The translations under genes and the position numbers were made by a program. Source: the human T2T-CHM13v2.0 reference genome, Homo sapiens. Taken from it: a stretch of DNA of 64,000 nt. The stretch is from the NCBI RefSeq assembly GCF_009914755.1, contig NC_060944.1; one strand, given 5' to 3'. Positions 50,025 to 63,926 of the stretch are shown piece after piece (position 1 is the first letter of the stretch; each line of letters begins with the position of its first letter). The notes below the pieces were generated by a model that was given only the letters and a program-made list of their open reading frames with translations, was not told the origin of the DNA and ran no database searches.

Positions 50025-51102
50025 TCACACATATATTGAAAACATTTATACTAAACAATATGTTTGTTATGAATAGTGCTATATTGTACACATTTCAGAG
50101 AACCTTTTCCCTGCTAAATCTTCACGTGACTCTTGGACACATTGTCTTTGTGACCACTGGAGCACATTTTGAAGTCATCTAGTAGACTTTTCCAGAACAC
50201 ATATTTTTCACTTATATTTATATTGTTTGAGGTGCTGCAAACCTCTTTAAATTGTGTACAACATTTGCAATTGTTAGGTTATACCCACCTGGGAATAATT
50301 ACTAAGTCTGTGCTCATTTTTGTTTAACTTTCTGATATATTTGTTTCATTTAAGTAAACCTCTAGAAGTATCCAAACTAGGATTAGTAGAGGTAATTTTG
50401 GGCTAATGTATCTTCCCCAAACATTGTTCTGTTGTTCAAAATAAGGTAATTACGAAGACACTGGTAACATGAGTGACTTTGTTAGGACTTGAGTATAAAT
50501 CAGGCTCCTCTTTCCTGAGGAGTGCTTAATCAAGAAAAAAAAAGGCTTTTCTTCATATAAAGGCTTATGTAATATACAGGCTACCAATCTTTGGCTTTGT
50601 AACTTCGTTTGACTATAGTGCAACCTGATATGGTTGACTTATTAGGTTGAATTATTTTATACCGCTACGAGGCACTTTTTGTTTAAAATAATGTATGCCT
50701 CTTCCAGAAGATCCCTGCACATCACACATTCAAAACTAACTAGATTACCAGGACATGGGAAAATGGTGTCATATGTCTTAGTTGCTGAAGGTTCACTTTA
50801 TCTTGAATAATAAAATTACAGATCTACCTAGAATTGAACTTAATTGCACAATATTGTATTTCCTTTGCCAATTAACCCAATGGAGGTTTGAAGTAATATA
50901 TTTGAAAAATGCTTTGTAATCTGAAAAGCACCAGGCACTTGTTAATCGTTGTCATTACTATATTGGAAAAACTACCTGTGGCCACTTGCAATGGAGAAAA
51001 AAGTCTTAACACTGAGCAAAGAACAGCTCAACCCTTAGGCAAGTACTTTATCATCAAAACATTTTCCGATGACCATGATTCACAGCAGATGTAAACTAAC
51101 TC

Positions 51103-51360
51103 CAGTGTTTTTCAAACTAGTGGTCTTGACCCACGGGTAGGTTATGACATCAGTTTATTGGTTGGACATCAGCATTTTACAAAAATGAACAGTGCAATAG
51201 AACATAACAGAATATACTAGAAAATAGTAATATCAGAGGTAGTAAGGATAAATATTCTTTTGAGAAGATCTCCATATATATACATATACACAAACACACA
51301 GATACAAACACTGGATGGAAGTAGAAAATGTTCTAATTGTGACTCATTGCTCAGAAACAA
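51103..51360 (+). mobile_element. hAT-Charlie MITE (MER112-like)
   Basis: CAGTGTTTTTCAAACT...TGACCCA...CAGCATTTT...GTAGTAAGGATAAATATT. Confidence 0.6.
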
Positions 51361-51796
51361 AACAGAACAAGACAAATTCAATAACAATGTCATTGCCCTA
51401 ATCCTTATTTAAGATTTTTAAAGAATGTTATAGTTGTCCTTCAGCTTAGCAGTTATTGTATTACTTAAGGTATGATACAAAATGTTAAGACTTTTATATA
51501 TCATACGCTTATAATTCCTGAGTTCATAGAGGGTCTAAGATTTTACCATTAATATCCTTCTAATAAAGCATTGCATTATTGAAGACAACCAGTTAGCCAG
51601 TTCAAGTCAACACATTTATTAAGAATTAGGAATGTATAAAAAATATACCAAGGAAAATAAATTAAGCTTATATAATTATACTTTATGTTAAATGACAGTT
51701 TAATTTCTTCTATGGGGTGTAAATATTTAATAAATTGTCGATATTCAAAAGACCAATACATATTTTAAAATATTCTGGGGGTTATTTTTACATACA

Positions 51797-52130
51797 TCAT
51801 CATGATCCCCATAATGACGTTTCAATCAGCGACGAACCACATATATGATGGTGGTCTTATAAGATTATAATATCAAATTTTTCCTGTACCTTTTATATGT
51901 TTACATATACAAATACTTTCCATTGTTTTGCAGTTGCCTACAGAGTTCGATACAGTAACATGCTGTATAGTTTGTAGCCAAGGAGCAATGGGCTATACCA
52001 TATAGCCTGGGTGTGTAGTAGGCTACACCATCTAGGTTTGTGTAAATACACTCTGCGATGTTTGCACAATGAAGTCAACTAAGGACACATTTCTCAGAAA
52101 TTATCCCCCTCATTAAGTGATGCATGACTG
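51797..52130 (-). mobile_element. Tigger3a (MER7A)
   Basis: TACCATATAGCCTGGGTGTGTAGTAGGCTACACCATCTAGGTTTGTGTAA...CATTAAGTGATGCATGACTG followed by TA. Confidence 0.9.
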
Positions 52131-52149
52131 TATTTCCTGTAATAGAGAC

Positions 52150-52668
52150 TGTATCTGTTAACTATTGCTATATAACAACCATCCCAAACATAGTAACTTC
52201 AACAACAACCATTTACTTAGTGCCAATTCTATGAGTTAGCAGTTTAAGCTGGCCTATCCTGGGTGGTTCTTCCTGGCTTCCTTGTGTGTATGGTCAGCCA
52301 TTCTGCTAAGCCACTCTGGTTCTGAGAGTCTTTTGGCTGTTTGCCTGGGGCACTTCAGTTCTCCTCTACCCTGGTCCTCTCTAATCCTCAACAGACTAAC
52401 TAGCCCAGGCCTGTTCAAAGGGCAAAGACAGGGCTCCAAGACAATGGAAGAATTGAAGGCATGTTGAGGCCTAAACTGGATCAAGTACAGTGTCACTTTG
52501 ACCACATCCTGCTCGCTATAGGAGGTCACAGGCCAGCCCAGATTTAACAGGAGGGGAAAATAATCTCCAATTTTTTGATGGGAGAAATGGCAGAGTAACA
52601 AGGCAAAAGGTAGAGAAAAAAATAAGGAGGCCATTAATGGAGGCCATGAATGCAGTCAACTTATCAGA
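52150..52668 (-). mobile_element. MLT1H/G-group solo LTR (MaLR)
   Basis: TGTATCTGTTAACTATTGCTATATAACAACCATCCCAAA...GTCACAGGCCAGCCCAGATT...TTGATGGGAGAAATGGC. Confidence 0.8.
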
Positions 52669-53439
52669 TGCTCTTCTCCTCCCTACCCTTTTCATTGGAG
52701 CAATATAAAGAAATCCTTCAGTCAAGTTTCCATAAAGACCCTCTTTCCTGCTTCTGGCTGAGCTCCTACTAAAAAGAAGATTAATGTGGAAATTAATCTA
52801 ATCCAGGATTAAGAGTAGAAGACTTACTTAAACTGGGCAATTTTCTGTCAATTTGATTGTAATAAATATTTTGCATTTAAGAGTTTACTATTGCTAAAGG
52901 AAGGATTGTGTTTTCTCTGGGAGCATTGTGAATCTTGTGTTACTGAACAAATGATTTCCTAAAAGGGTATGGGTAAATGGAACTGTAAATCAAACCAAAT
53001 TTTTTATTTTGAGCCCGCAATTTAAAGGGATCGTTTTACATGTGTTCTGTCTCCAGAGATACCTCTAAAAGTTCTAGGTTTTAGATGAACGATTCCCCAA
53101 AGCAACCTTCACCTGGAGAACATAATTCCTATATTTAGCTTAATACTTGGGCCAGAAAGGCTAACATGTCATTTACAGTTTACAGGTAAGATGAATGTAA
53201 TCTCCTTAGAGTAGTTTCATCAACCAAGTCTAGAAAAATCAGGTACTAGAGTGATTTTTACACAACTGTTTCTTATTGAACAAATTACAAAATTAGAGAA
53301 AATGAAAAAGAAAATTAGAAAGGATAGACTTAAATATCTACTCATATGGTAATAATTTTATAAGAAAAAAATCAAAATATAACATCTGTTTCTACCTGCC
53401 TGGCCTGTGAATTTTGTAGTCTAATATAATGAGAGAGAT

Positions 53440-53680
53440 AATATTACAAAATAGTTAGGATGGCTGACTTCAAAGACAGACTGCTTGCGTTTGAATTTAA
53501 GCTTAGTTATGTGTTACCTGTGTGTTCTACATTATTTAATCTTTTTACGCCTCCCAGTAGAACAGGGATAATAATGGTTCCTACGTCACAGGGTGATTGT
53601 GAGAATTCCGAAAGTCAGTATGTGTGGAATACACAGGCCAGTGATCAATGCCTGGTAGGCAATAAATGTTAACTCTCACT
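53440..53680 (+). mobile_element. MIR
   Basis: AGACAGACTGCTTGCGTTTGAAT...GGGATAATAATGGTTCCTAC...CAGGGTGATTGTGAGAATT. Confidence 0.7.
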
Positions 53681-54759
53681 GTCAACACTACAGTTGGTTT
53701 CTATTCCAACCTTCATGAATTTTCACTGATTTTTTTCACACTTGTTTAAAGTTACATGCTGTATGCCTCTGCCAGGGGCCTGAGAGACAGAGATAAAGGA
53801 CAAAGACACTGTTCCCAAGTAGCTTGAGGTATTGGATGAATACCCCCCGACCACACACAGATGCACAGATAGTGATGCCACTTGTAAAAGGGATATAAGA
53901 CTTAAAGGTCATTCAGAATGTCCATGAGACTCGTTTATTTTTAAGGTGATTTCTAATATATAATTTTGTGAAGCAATATGCATTTTTTAGGCTGTTGGCT
54001 AAAATGCAATGAATTACCTAGATTTACTCAAGTTTACACTCATTCCACATGTTTTTCTAAATACAGAAATTTCTCATTATGTATGGCATGATTTTTTTAA
54101 AAAGAAACATTATATATAAAGAGTACGTGAAGCCTAAGAAAAGTGGCACATTCTTTACTCTTGTAATATGCCAGCATCTTATTCTTTATTTGGTGGTTTC
54201 TAATTGTTCCCTAAAAATGTACCAACCATAATATTGACTGAATTATGCCACAAAGAAAAGAAAGTGATTATAGTTCTCTTCATAGATCCTTGGACCTCAT
54301 ATAAAGCATTGATTGATTGTGGAGCCTGCCTGGAGAACAGGCTGTATCAGTGCTATAGAATCTTTACTACTAACTTCTTAGATACTCTTGATTTGGTCTC
54401 ATTCGTGGGTTTACATTTGCTCTGGAAGTGGTGAGCTTAGATGATAGAAAAACGTTTGGTATGTGAATTTCATACACTTGAAGAAATAGATCTTGAGTTC
54501 AGTTTTTCCCTGCAAAGTGCTAGACCTTAAAAATCTGATTTGCATAGACTGGAATTCATTGATTTAAGAAGAGGAATTTATTACAGATTAATAATAATTA
54601 CTTCTGAAGAGAAAATACTTTGAATTTGGGATTCTAATACTTATTTAAAATTGGCGATAATTTCACTCTTACCAACAAATACACTAATTCTGTTTTTAAA
54701 ATTTCGATTAGTGTTATTTTTGGCTTAATATGCACATTGTTAAGCCATGTGGGTTTTTT

Positions 54760-55180
54760 TTTCTGTTTTTAAAATTTAAGTATACTTTGCACAGAGTAAA
54801 AGGTACCTGTATGTGTCTACAGTTGTGCGAGTCTTAACAATTCTATACATTCATGTATCCATCACCAAAGTCAAGATATACGACAGTTCTGTCACTGGCA
54901 ACATTTCCATGCATTCTTTTGTCATTAACCCCTTTCTCCGGTCTCTGGCAACCACAGATTTGTTTCCTTTCCCAAAATATAAATGGAATCATACAATATG
55001 TAGCCTTTTGAGTCTGGCTCTTTTCATGTAGCATAACGCCTTTTAGATTTATCCATGTATCAGTGATTCATTCTTTTTCACTGATGAGTAATATTTTATT
55101 GGATGGATACTCACAGTTCCCATTCCCCACTTGAAGGACATTTGTTTCTAGTTTTTGGTAATTACAACAAAAGCCATTTA
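54760..55180 (-). mobile_element. L1MB/MC-type 3' end
   Basis: CTCTGGCAACCACAGATTTG...ATAAATGGAATCATACAATATGTAGCCTTTTGAGTCTGGCT...GAAGGACATTTG. Confidence 0.85.
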
Positions 55181-55301
55181 ATTATGTTCTTACTTGTTTT
55201 GGAAAAAATCCAATAAAATGGTAAAATAATCACTTTGTGTGTATAGGAGTAGGGTGTGGCAGGGAAGTCTGAATCCAAAGGTGTTACTCTAAGTCTCTGC
55301 T

Positions 55302-55618
<317 letters not shown>

Positions 55619-56029
55619 TTATCTGTTGTCTACTGGTATAATCAGGCATACCAGTAGATCTCAGACTGTGTTCCCATTTGATTACCATTGTTTTGCTGCT
55701 TAAATCCAAAATATGCCAATTTTAAAAATAATTTTCAGAATTAGTACATTGCATTTCATCAATCTTAAGTTTTCCTCTAATAAATCATTTGAAATACTTG
55801 GGTATCTCACAGAGGATCCCGTGTTACCTGGTTTGGCACACAATCATTACATTGATTTTCCTGAAGTTGAATCTAGTAATTTTTGGGTGTCTCACATAAG
55901 CATGTAACTTTCAGACTCTCTCTCCCTAAAAAAGGAGTGTCACAAGAACATATTCTAAATCAGTCTATCTGGATGTGAAAATAGGACTCTTCTTGTGTTC
56001 ACAGTGGCCAAGGAATAAAGACTACTACA

Positions 56030-56351
56030 TTCTTTTTCTTTTCATTTCTTGTTTCTTTTTTTTTCTTTTTTTTTTCAGACAGTGTTGCCCAGACTGGAGT
56101 GTAGTTTTGAGATCATAGCTCACTGCACCCTCAAACTCCTAGACTCAAGCAATCTTATAGCCTCAGCCTCCTTATCAGCTGGGACTACAGGCACACACCG
56201 TAGCACCCAGCATTTTTTTTTTTTTTTTCTGTTAGAGACAAGGTCTTTCCATAGTGCCCAGACTGGTCTCAAACTCCTGGGCTCAAGCAATTCTCCCCTC
56301 CTGAGCCTCCCGAAATGCTGGGATTACAGGCATGAACCACTGCACATGGCC
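56030..56351 (-). mobile_element. AluJ
   Basis: Reverse dimer ...CTCCTGGGCTCAAGC...GGGATTACAGGCATGAACCACTGCACATGGCC; TSD-like actactacattctt/accactacatttctt. Confidence 0.9.
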
Positions 56352-56739
56352 TACCACTACATTTCTTAATGAAAATCACAAAGTAAGACTGGGAAGCTTG
56401 GAGAGGCTGAGAAAGCTGAGAGTGGGTCCTGTGGAGGACTTTAGGGAGAGTCAGGAATGTTGTCTGAGTCCTCTCTTACACCTCTAGTGCAGTGAGATGG
56501 GGCCTAACAGGACCACTTGCAGGATGGCCTGTGACCAGTGTGGGAGTATTCTTAGATTCTGTCCAAGGTGCTGTTATAAGAGGGACAAGCAAATCCTAGC
56601 TTAGATAAGCTAGAATCATCTATGCCTGGTGCTAAAGAGGGAATAAACAATGAGCTAGAGGGAAGCATAGCATGCCCATCCAAAGAGCTCCTAAAGAAAG
56701 AGCTCTTGTGGGAGCGTGGTTAGCAGTGTTGTTCATGTC

Positions 56740-57192
56740 ATCTATAACTTCTATACCCAAGGCATGTGCATTCATTCTCAAGCTGCTGCGGGTACCAGTT
56801 ACTAGAAACTCATAGCTGCCCCCATTCTCTGGCCAACTGCCCTGGGCTGACAGGAGTCCCCTTTCCCAGAGATGCCTTGTAGTTTATGCCTTCCACCAAT
56901 CTGGAGACTGCCCATGGTCAGCGACCGAAAAATGCAGAGGTATAAAAGAAAGCACGGCTGCCTTGCCTCAAGACCTCACAGCCCTTGTGTTGCAATCCAT
57001 GCTCCAGAGGTCTCCAAGGGATCGGGTGGGGACTAAATTTCATCTGAAACAACATGTTTGTCAAGCTCCTTCTACTGCCCCCTTCTGCTTCTCTTGATCT
57101 TTTAGAGGGTTCTTCTGAGAGCACTTCCTCAAAAATCATTTGCACAAGAATCCCTGTCTCAGGCTCTACATTTAGGGAACCAAACCTGATAT
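56740..57192 (+). mobile_element. ERVL solo LTR (LTR16C-like)
   Basis: AACTGCCCTGGGCTGACAGGAG...GGTATAAAAG...CTTGCCTCAAG...CCATGCTCCAGAG...GCACAAGAATCCCTGTCTCAGGCTCT...AGGGAACC. Confidence 0.8.
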
Positions 57193-58019
57193 AGGGAACT
57201 CTGAGAAACGCCCCCAATAAAACATTAAGAGGAGAGAGAGAGAGAAAGAGAACTTCATACACTTGCCGCGCTTAGAGAGCATATTGACATGTTACTACTT
57301 TAACAATCAGGTAAGAACCCCTCTGCCTCCCCTTATCTCTTCACTAAGCTCCTCTAAGTGCCAAAATTCATGTTAGCAAGGTAGAAAAGGAGATGTCTAA
57401 CTAAGCTATTTAGGGAAACATACCTTAAGGCTATTAAACTCTTTCCTTCCTATAAGATTCCAGCTTTGCGGTTGATCTCGAGCCTTATGAAGAGAAGCTT
57501 TAACGTGAAATGAACGTGATCTTTCCATGAGCCATTAATGGTTGACCAGGGGATCTGGGAGAGTATAACTAGAAAATTTATGGAGACTTTTATCTAGGAG
57601 CCCAAGAATAACCAACCCACCTAATTTATTGAAGGTGACAGTGGGGTAGAGTGCATGATATCTCCTGAGTCTTGCCTATTTGGTTACCTGTTATCCTAAA
57701 ACAATTGAAAGGACAAAAACATAATAAATGCTGAATCCTGACAAATGAAGACAGAAAACTTACTTTTCTTCTTAAACCAAGAGGATAAGCATTGTATTTA
57801 GTATTGAGATTAATTCTCATTGAAATAAAGTCCATCAGACACACAAGTCTCCATGTATTATTGGTCATCCAGACATTGAGATCTAATCCATCACAAAAGT
57901 CTCTATGAGTTAGACATCCAGGTAGCCCCACATACATCTCAGACAGGGCACTCTTAGCTGCTTTCTTCTTGATGGCAGCTGGGGATTATTCCTTCCCTTC
58001 ATTTTTTGTTTTTATGTGC

Positions 58020-58370
<351 letters not shown>

Positions 58371-58614
58371 TAACACAAGGAAATACCCAAATATTAGAGG
58401 GATGCAGCAGTGGGGAATGTATAATCCATGGTGTCTTTGTTTCGTGAGAACCCCAATGAAGAAAGAGAAACAGGGAGACATAGTTTAGAGCATGCCGCTC
58501 AGCAGAATTTAGAATTGCCTTCAGTCACTGGAAGAGTCTAGGTGTACCTGGCTATTTGAAATATATGAATACCCAGCTTCATTATCTGAATGTTTTATGC
58601 TCCCCAAAATTTGA

Positions 58615-59015
58615 GCTCTCTTTTCGTACAGGCTGCTATAACAAAATATCATAGACGGAGTGGCTTAAACAACAGACAGTTATTTCTCACCATTCCAGAG
58701 GCTGGGAAGTCTAAGATGAAAGTGCCAACAGATTTGGTTCCTGGTGAGGACCTGCTTTCTGACTTGCAGCTGCCTTCTTGCTGTGTGTTCAACTGACCTT
58801 CCTTTTGTTTGTGTATGAGGGAGAAAGAGAATGAGAGAGAGAGAGAAAGATTCGTCTTCCTCTTTTTACAAGGGCTCTAACTCCATCATGAGGGTCCCCC
58901 TCTGATGACCTAATCTAAACCTAATTACCTCACAAAGGCCCCACCTCTAAATATAATCACATTGGGGATTAAGGGCTTCAACAAATGAATTTGGGGGAAC
59001 ACATAAACATTCCTA
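58615..59015 (-). mobile_element. MLT1A0-type solo LTR (MaLR)
   Basis: GGCTGCTATAACAAAATATCATAGAC...GGCTGGGAAGTCTAAGAT...ATGACCTAATCTAAACCTAATTACCTC...GGGCTTCAACAAATGAATTTGGGGG. Confidence 0.88.
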
Positions 59016-59039
59016 ATGCAGGACAGGCAACATTTCAGC

Positions 59040-59200
59040 TCTGCCACTGACTGCCCAAATAATCCTGGACAACTTACTTAACCTCTCTAAGCCTCAGTTT
59101 TGTCATCTGTTAGATGGGAATGAATGAGTTAATATCTATAGTACCAAAAAAAAATTGTGTCTGGCACAGAGTAAGTGTTCAGTAACTGGTAACTGTTGAT
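59040..59200 (+). mobile_element. MIR
   Basis: CAGCTCTGCCACTGACT...TTACTTAACCTCTCTAAGCCTCAGTTTTGTCATCTGT...CTGGCACAGAGTAAGTGTTCAGTAA. Confidence 0.85.
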
Positions 59201-59483
59201 TATTAGCCTGGGTTAAACTCTGGAGTAGTTAAGAAATGAGGCAATTTCTCATTACTAGAAGAAAAATCAAAATGACTGTATTAAAAAGGAGATGCTGAGC
59301 ATATCATCAATAAAAGTTTTAATTGGTTCAATATTATTTCAGATTGTGACATTAAACATCACTTTCAAATGCTGAGGTTATTTCCTCAAATATGACATCA
59401 GTTGACTCAATCCCATTAGGAGAAATTTGAACGCCTTCACTATGTAACATAAAAATTGCTAATTCTTTCCTTATTATATATTA

Positions 59484-60688
59484 TAATCATGTGTCACTTA
59501 ATGCTGGGGATTCATTCTGATATTGTGTGAACATCAGGGACTGAACTTATGCAAACCTAGATGGTAGAGACTACTACATACCTAAAATATATGGCATAGC
59601 TTATTGCTCCTAGGTACAAACTTGTACAGCATATTACTGTGCTGAATACTGTAAGCAATTGTAACATAATGGTAAGTATTCATGTATCTAAATGTATGTA
59701 AACATAGAAAAGGTACATTGAAAATACGATATAAAAGATAAAAGAACAATGGACCTGTATAAAACACTTACCATGAATGGAGCTCCTAGGCCTGGAAGTT
59801 GCTCTGGGTGAGTTGTTGAGTGACTGGTGAGTGAATGTGAAGGCCTAGGACATTAATGTACACTACTAGAGAATTTATAAACACTGTATACTTAGGCTAA
59901 AATAAATTTATTTTAATAAACTTTTCCCCTCAATAATAAATTATCCACCTTAGCTACTTTAACTTTTTTACTTTATAAACTTTTAAATTATTTAAACTTT
60001 TGACTCTTGTAAGAACACTCAGCTTGAAACACAAACACATTGTACAACTGTACAAAAATATTTTATTTCTTTACAGACTTATTCTATAAGTTTCTTCAAT
60101 TTTTAAATATTTAGTTTTTACTTTTTAAACTTGTTTGTTAAAAACTAAGATGCAAACACACACATTAACCTACTCAGACAGAGTCAGCATCATCAATATC
60201 ACTATCTTCCACTTCCACATCTTGTCCCACTGGAAGGTCTGCAGGGGCGATAATATGCATGGAACTGTCACCTCATATGATAGCAATGCCTTCTTCTGAA
60301 ATTGCCACTGAAGGACCCACCTGAGACTGTTTTACAGTTAATTTTTTTCTTTAATTATTAGGAAGAGTATACTCTAAAATAATAATGAAATGTATAGTAT
60401 AGTATAGTAAACACATAAACCAGTAACATAGTTGTTTATTATCATTATCAAGTATTATGTACTATACATAATTTTATGTACTAGAGTTTTATACAACTAG
60501 CAGCAATATAGTTTTGCTTGTACCAGCAATACCATAAACGCATGAGTGATGTGTTGCTCTGCAACGTTATGGCAGCCATGACATCACTAGGTTATAGGAA
60601 TTTTTTCAGCTCTGTTATAATCTTATGGGACCACTATCATATAGGCAGTCTCTCATGGACTGAAATGTCATTATGGGGCACATGACTG
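59484..60688 (+). mobile_element. Tigger3b (MER7B), about 1.2 kb
   Basis: Shares termini with Tigger3a (CAAACCTAGATGGTA...; TTATAATCTTATGGGACCAC...CATGACTG) plus the internal GGAAGTTGCTCTGGGTGAG segment. Confidence 0.9.
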
Positions 60689-61059
60689 TGTGTGTGTATG
60701 TAGGTACACACACATATGTTCATCTCTTATGCCTGATTTTGATTCTTTATTAATGTGGTGTAAGTCAATATTTATTGGCAGCAAAGGATATTTTCACCTT
60801 AGCAAATGACAGATATGAAGTTTCATTCTAAAGAATTTTGGTGCTTTCCTCCTACTGCCCTGGGGAAATGTAGCAATCCATGTAATCTGCCAACATGTAT
60901 GGTTGGAGATGCATTTTAGGGGGTCAGGGAGATAATTAATGAGGAAACCTTGAGAGTCCTATCCCTATTTCTAGCTCTTACCTCAAAAGGAAATTACTCG
61001 TAAGTCCAGGAAATGGCTACGCTGAAAATACTTGTCATTTGTCTGACACTGTACAGAAT

Positions 61060-61290
61060 TCTATGTTTAAGATCATCAGTTTTAGTGGCAGGTATTCTTG
61101 GACTTAATCCTACCTCTACCAATTACACCAGTCATTAGCTGCATAATTTTGAACAATCTCAATCTTCTCCTCCATAAAATGGGAACAGCAGTGTCTATTC
61201 CTTAGAGCAGTTGTGAGGATTAAATGAGTGAATGCATATAAAAAAACACTTGGTCCTGAATCTGACACATGAAAGCACTGGGATAGTTGT
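61060..61290 (+). mobile_element. MIR
   Basis: TTCTCCTCCATAAAATGGG...GTTGTGAGGATTAAATGAG...TCTGACACATGAAAGCACT. Confidence 0.75.
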
Positions 61291-62077
61291 TACCATTTGA
61301 ATTGTCTAATTCAGGGCCTTTTCATTCCACAAGCGAATGGCGAAGTACCATTTAAGACTTGCCAATGGGTGGGGGAGGCATTTACTATCCAAATAATTAT
61401 ATCACTGATCATGTCTAACTGAACACGTTTTTGGCTAGAAGGGAACTTGGATAAAATATAAAAACAGAGCTTTCACAGGCATTTTTGTTATTTCATTTAT
61501 GCTTTGAAAAAAATATTTTGGGGCATCTACTATTATGGGTAGCTAACTGCATCTCAAATTTATATCTTAATGTGTTCTTGTCCTTTAATTTTTATTCTGC
61601 AACATATGAACTTCAGTAATTTCTAATTTCCAGAATGGTGGAACATAAATACATGTCTCCAGTTCCTATCAACTTTGCTAAGTCATAATAATATTATTAA
61701 CAAAATCATAGTCTTTTTCTTTAACCTAGCAACAGTTACTTAACAATAAAAGCAGGTGCCAACACAGCAGGAACAGTATTTAGTGTTTTGTGAGTCATTG
61801 TTTTTATTATTTTTAACTTTTTTTACCATCACCTTAGGAAATCATACAAATGTCATTGTGGAAATCAATCATTAGAGTAAGGTGGAGGACTAATTTTTAT
61901 TGTAAAAATAACCATATTTACCTGGATACTTATTTAGAATCTAAGTAAGAATGCCTGTCTTCTTGAATCCCTTACTTTATTTAGTCAAATGCTAAGTTAA
62001 CTTGCTGTTAAGGCTTTGGGTTCTTCTTTTTCAGTCGATGTCAGTGTTGAGGCTTTGTGTGTTGGCAATTTTTAGTT

Positions 62078-62590
62078 GTGTATCGATTAACCATTGCTAC
62101 AATAATGCTATGTAACAAGCCATCCCAGAACTTCAGGCTTACAACACTTACTTGTAGTTTCTAGTAATATGGTTGCATTGGTTCTACTGATCTGAGCATA
62201 TCCCATCAGGGCTCATTCACATGCCTACACTCAGCTCTGTATTAGCTTGTTGGTTTCATTTGACTTGGAGGGGCAATGATGTGGCTGGGCTCTCAGCAGA
62301 GAAGAATGGGCTCTGCTCCACATGGTACCTCATCCTCCAAGAGGCTAGCACTGGGTTTTTCTCAGGCTAGTCCAGTCATAATATCATGGCAATCACATAG
62401 CAGCAAAAAGAAAGCATAAATGCTCAGGCATCATTTCTTCTTGAATCGAGTCAGCTAATATCCTGTTGCTTAAAGAAAGTCTATGGCCAAGCCAAGAGCA
62501 AGCGTAGGAGGGAGCTACAAAGTTATAGGGCAAACGATGTGGCTACATGGAGGCTATTAATTGGGGTGCTAATGAAACCAATCTACCACA
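62078..62590 (-). mobile_element. MLT1H/I-group solo LTR (MaLR)
   Basis: ATTGCTACAATAATGCTATGTAACAAGCCATCCCAGAAC...CTCATCCTCCAAGAGGCTAGC...ATGGCCAAGCC...CAATCTACCACA. Confidence 0.8.
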
Positions 62591-62723
62591 GATGGCATGG
62601 ATCCACTGCATATGGAAGCCACCACCTTTCAGGAAGACCTCCCCAACTGGACTTTTAAAATAGCCTTTCTCTCCAGATGCCCTACCTATCATCTCATCTG
62701 CCTGTTAAGAATGGGTACATCTG

Positions 62724-63026
62724 GGCCGGGTGCAGTGGCTCACGCCTGTAATCCCAGCATTTTGGGAGGCCAAGGCGGGTGGACCACCTGAGGTCAGGAG
62801 TTCGAGTCCAGCCTGGCCAACATGGTGAAACCTTGTCTCTACTAAAAATACAAAAATTAGCTGGGCATGGTGGCAGGCACCCATAATTCCAGCTACTTGG
62901 GATGCTGAGGCAAGAATCGCTTGAACCTGGGAGGCGGAGGGTGCAATGAGCCTAGATCGTGCCATTGTACTCCAGTCTGGGCAACGAGAGCGAGACTTCG
63001 TCTAAAAAAAAAAAAAGGGAAAAAAA
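62724..63026 (+). mobile_element. AluS (Sq-like) with perfect 17-bp TSD
   Basis: GGCCGGGTGCAGTGGCTCACGCC...GGCAACGAGAGCGAGAC; TSD aagaatgggtacatctg at 62707-62723 and 63027-63043; TT|AAGA endonuclease-type site. Confidence 0.95.
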
Positions 63027-63169
63027 AAGAATGGGTACATCTGGGATGACCGTACCTTAAATACAAGACATGACCTGTTAACACTGCCAAAAAGAAATGC
63101 TTCAGTGATACCTTCTAATGGTGGAGGAACATAGCTTGTCAATACTCAGCAAGCAATAATCATGCCTTA

Positions 63170-63577
63170 AGGGTTGATGTTGGCTTTGTGCCCAGATCCC
63201 CTTGGGCTGGTGATTCTCCAGCTGCTGCTAGTGTTGGCTTTTATTAGCCCCCAACTGAGTCCTATGGAGAACTGCTCCTAGCCCACGGTTCACATCCCAC
63301 CCACTGCCTTCTGCGGGGTAGCCTGTCTGACACAGTGCAAACATCCCAACCAGTTTTCCTCAAGATGGGACATCTCTGTGGTATAATCCATGCTCCAGAA
63401 CTCCCTTGGGTCCACGCTCAGGGTGGACTCCAGCTGAGGCCACAGCCTTACTCAGCTCTGCCTCATTCACTTTCTGCTTCCCTCCTTCTCCTGTTCCTGA
63501 GAGTCACTCTCAAGAAATCACGGGCATCCCAATCCCTGTCTCAGACTCTGGTTTTAGAAAACTCAACCTGAAATACA
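63170..63577 (+). mobile_element. ERVL solo LTR (LTR16-like)
   Basis: GCCCAGATCCCCTT...GGAGAACTGC...CCTCAAGATGGGACATCTCTGTGGTATAATCCATGCTCCAGAACTCCC...AATCCCTGTCTCAGACTCTG. Confidence 0.8.
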
Positions 63578-63926
63578 TGTTACAATGTTATTTTCTGTCA
63601 TTTTCTTTTGTTTTTTTAAAGCAAAAAAAGCATAGATTTATTGAAACAAAAGTATACTCCACAGAACGGGAGCGGGCTTGAGCAAGTGGCTCAGGAGCCC
63701 AGATTACAGAATTTTCTGGGGTTCAAATACTCTCTAGAGGTTGCCTATTGGTTACTTGGTTACACCCTATGTAAATAAAGGAGTGGCCCATGACCAGTTT
63801 GATTGGCTCTAGGAGAGGACCAATCACTGGCTGAAGCAGAGTTACAAAGTTACATATGAAGACTTGGCCCACAACCAGTCTGATTGGTTGTGGGACAGGA
63901 CCAATCAGAGGTACTTTCCATCTGTC
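63578..63926 (-). mobile_element. MER51-family ERV1 LTR (partial, cut by L1PA)
   Basis: AGTATACTCCACAG...GAGCAAGTGGCTCAGGAGCC...GTTACAAAGTTACA...GTCTGATTGGTTGTGG...ACCAATCAGAGGTACTTT. Confidence 0.8.
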
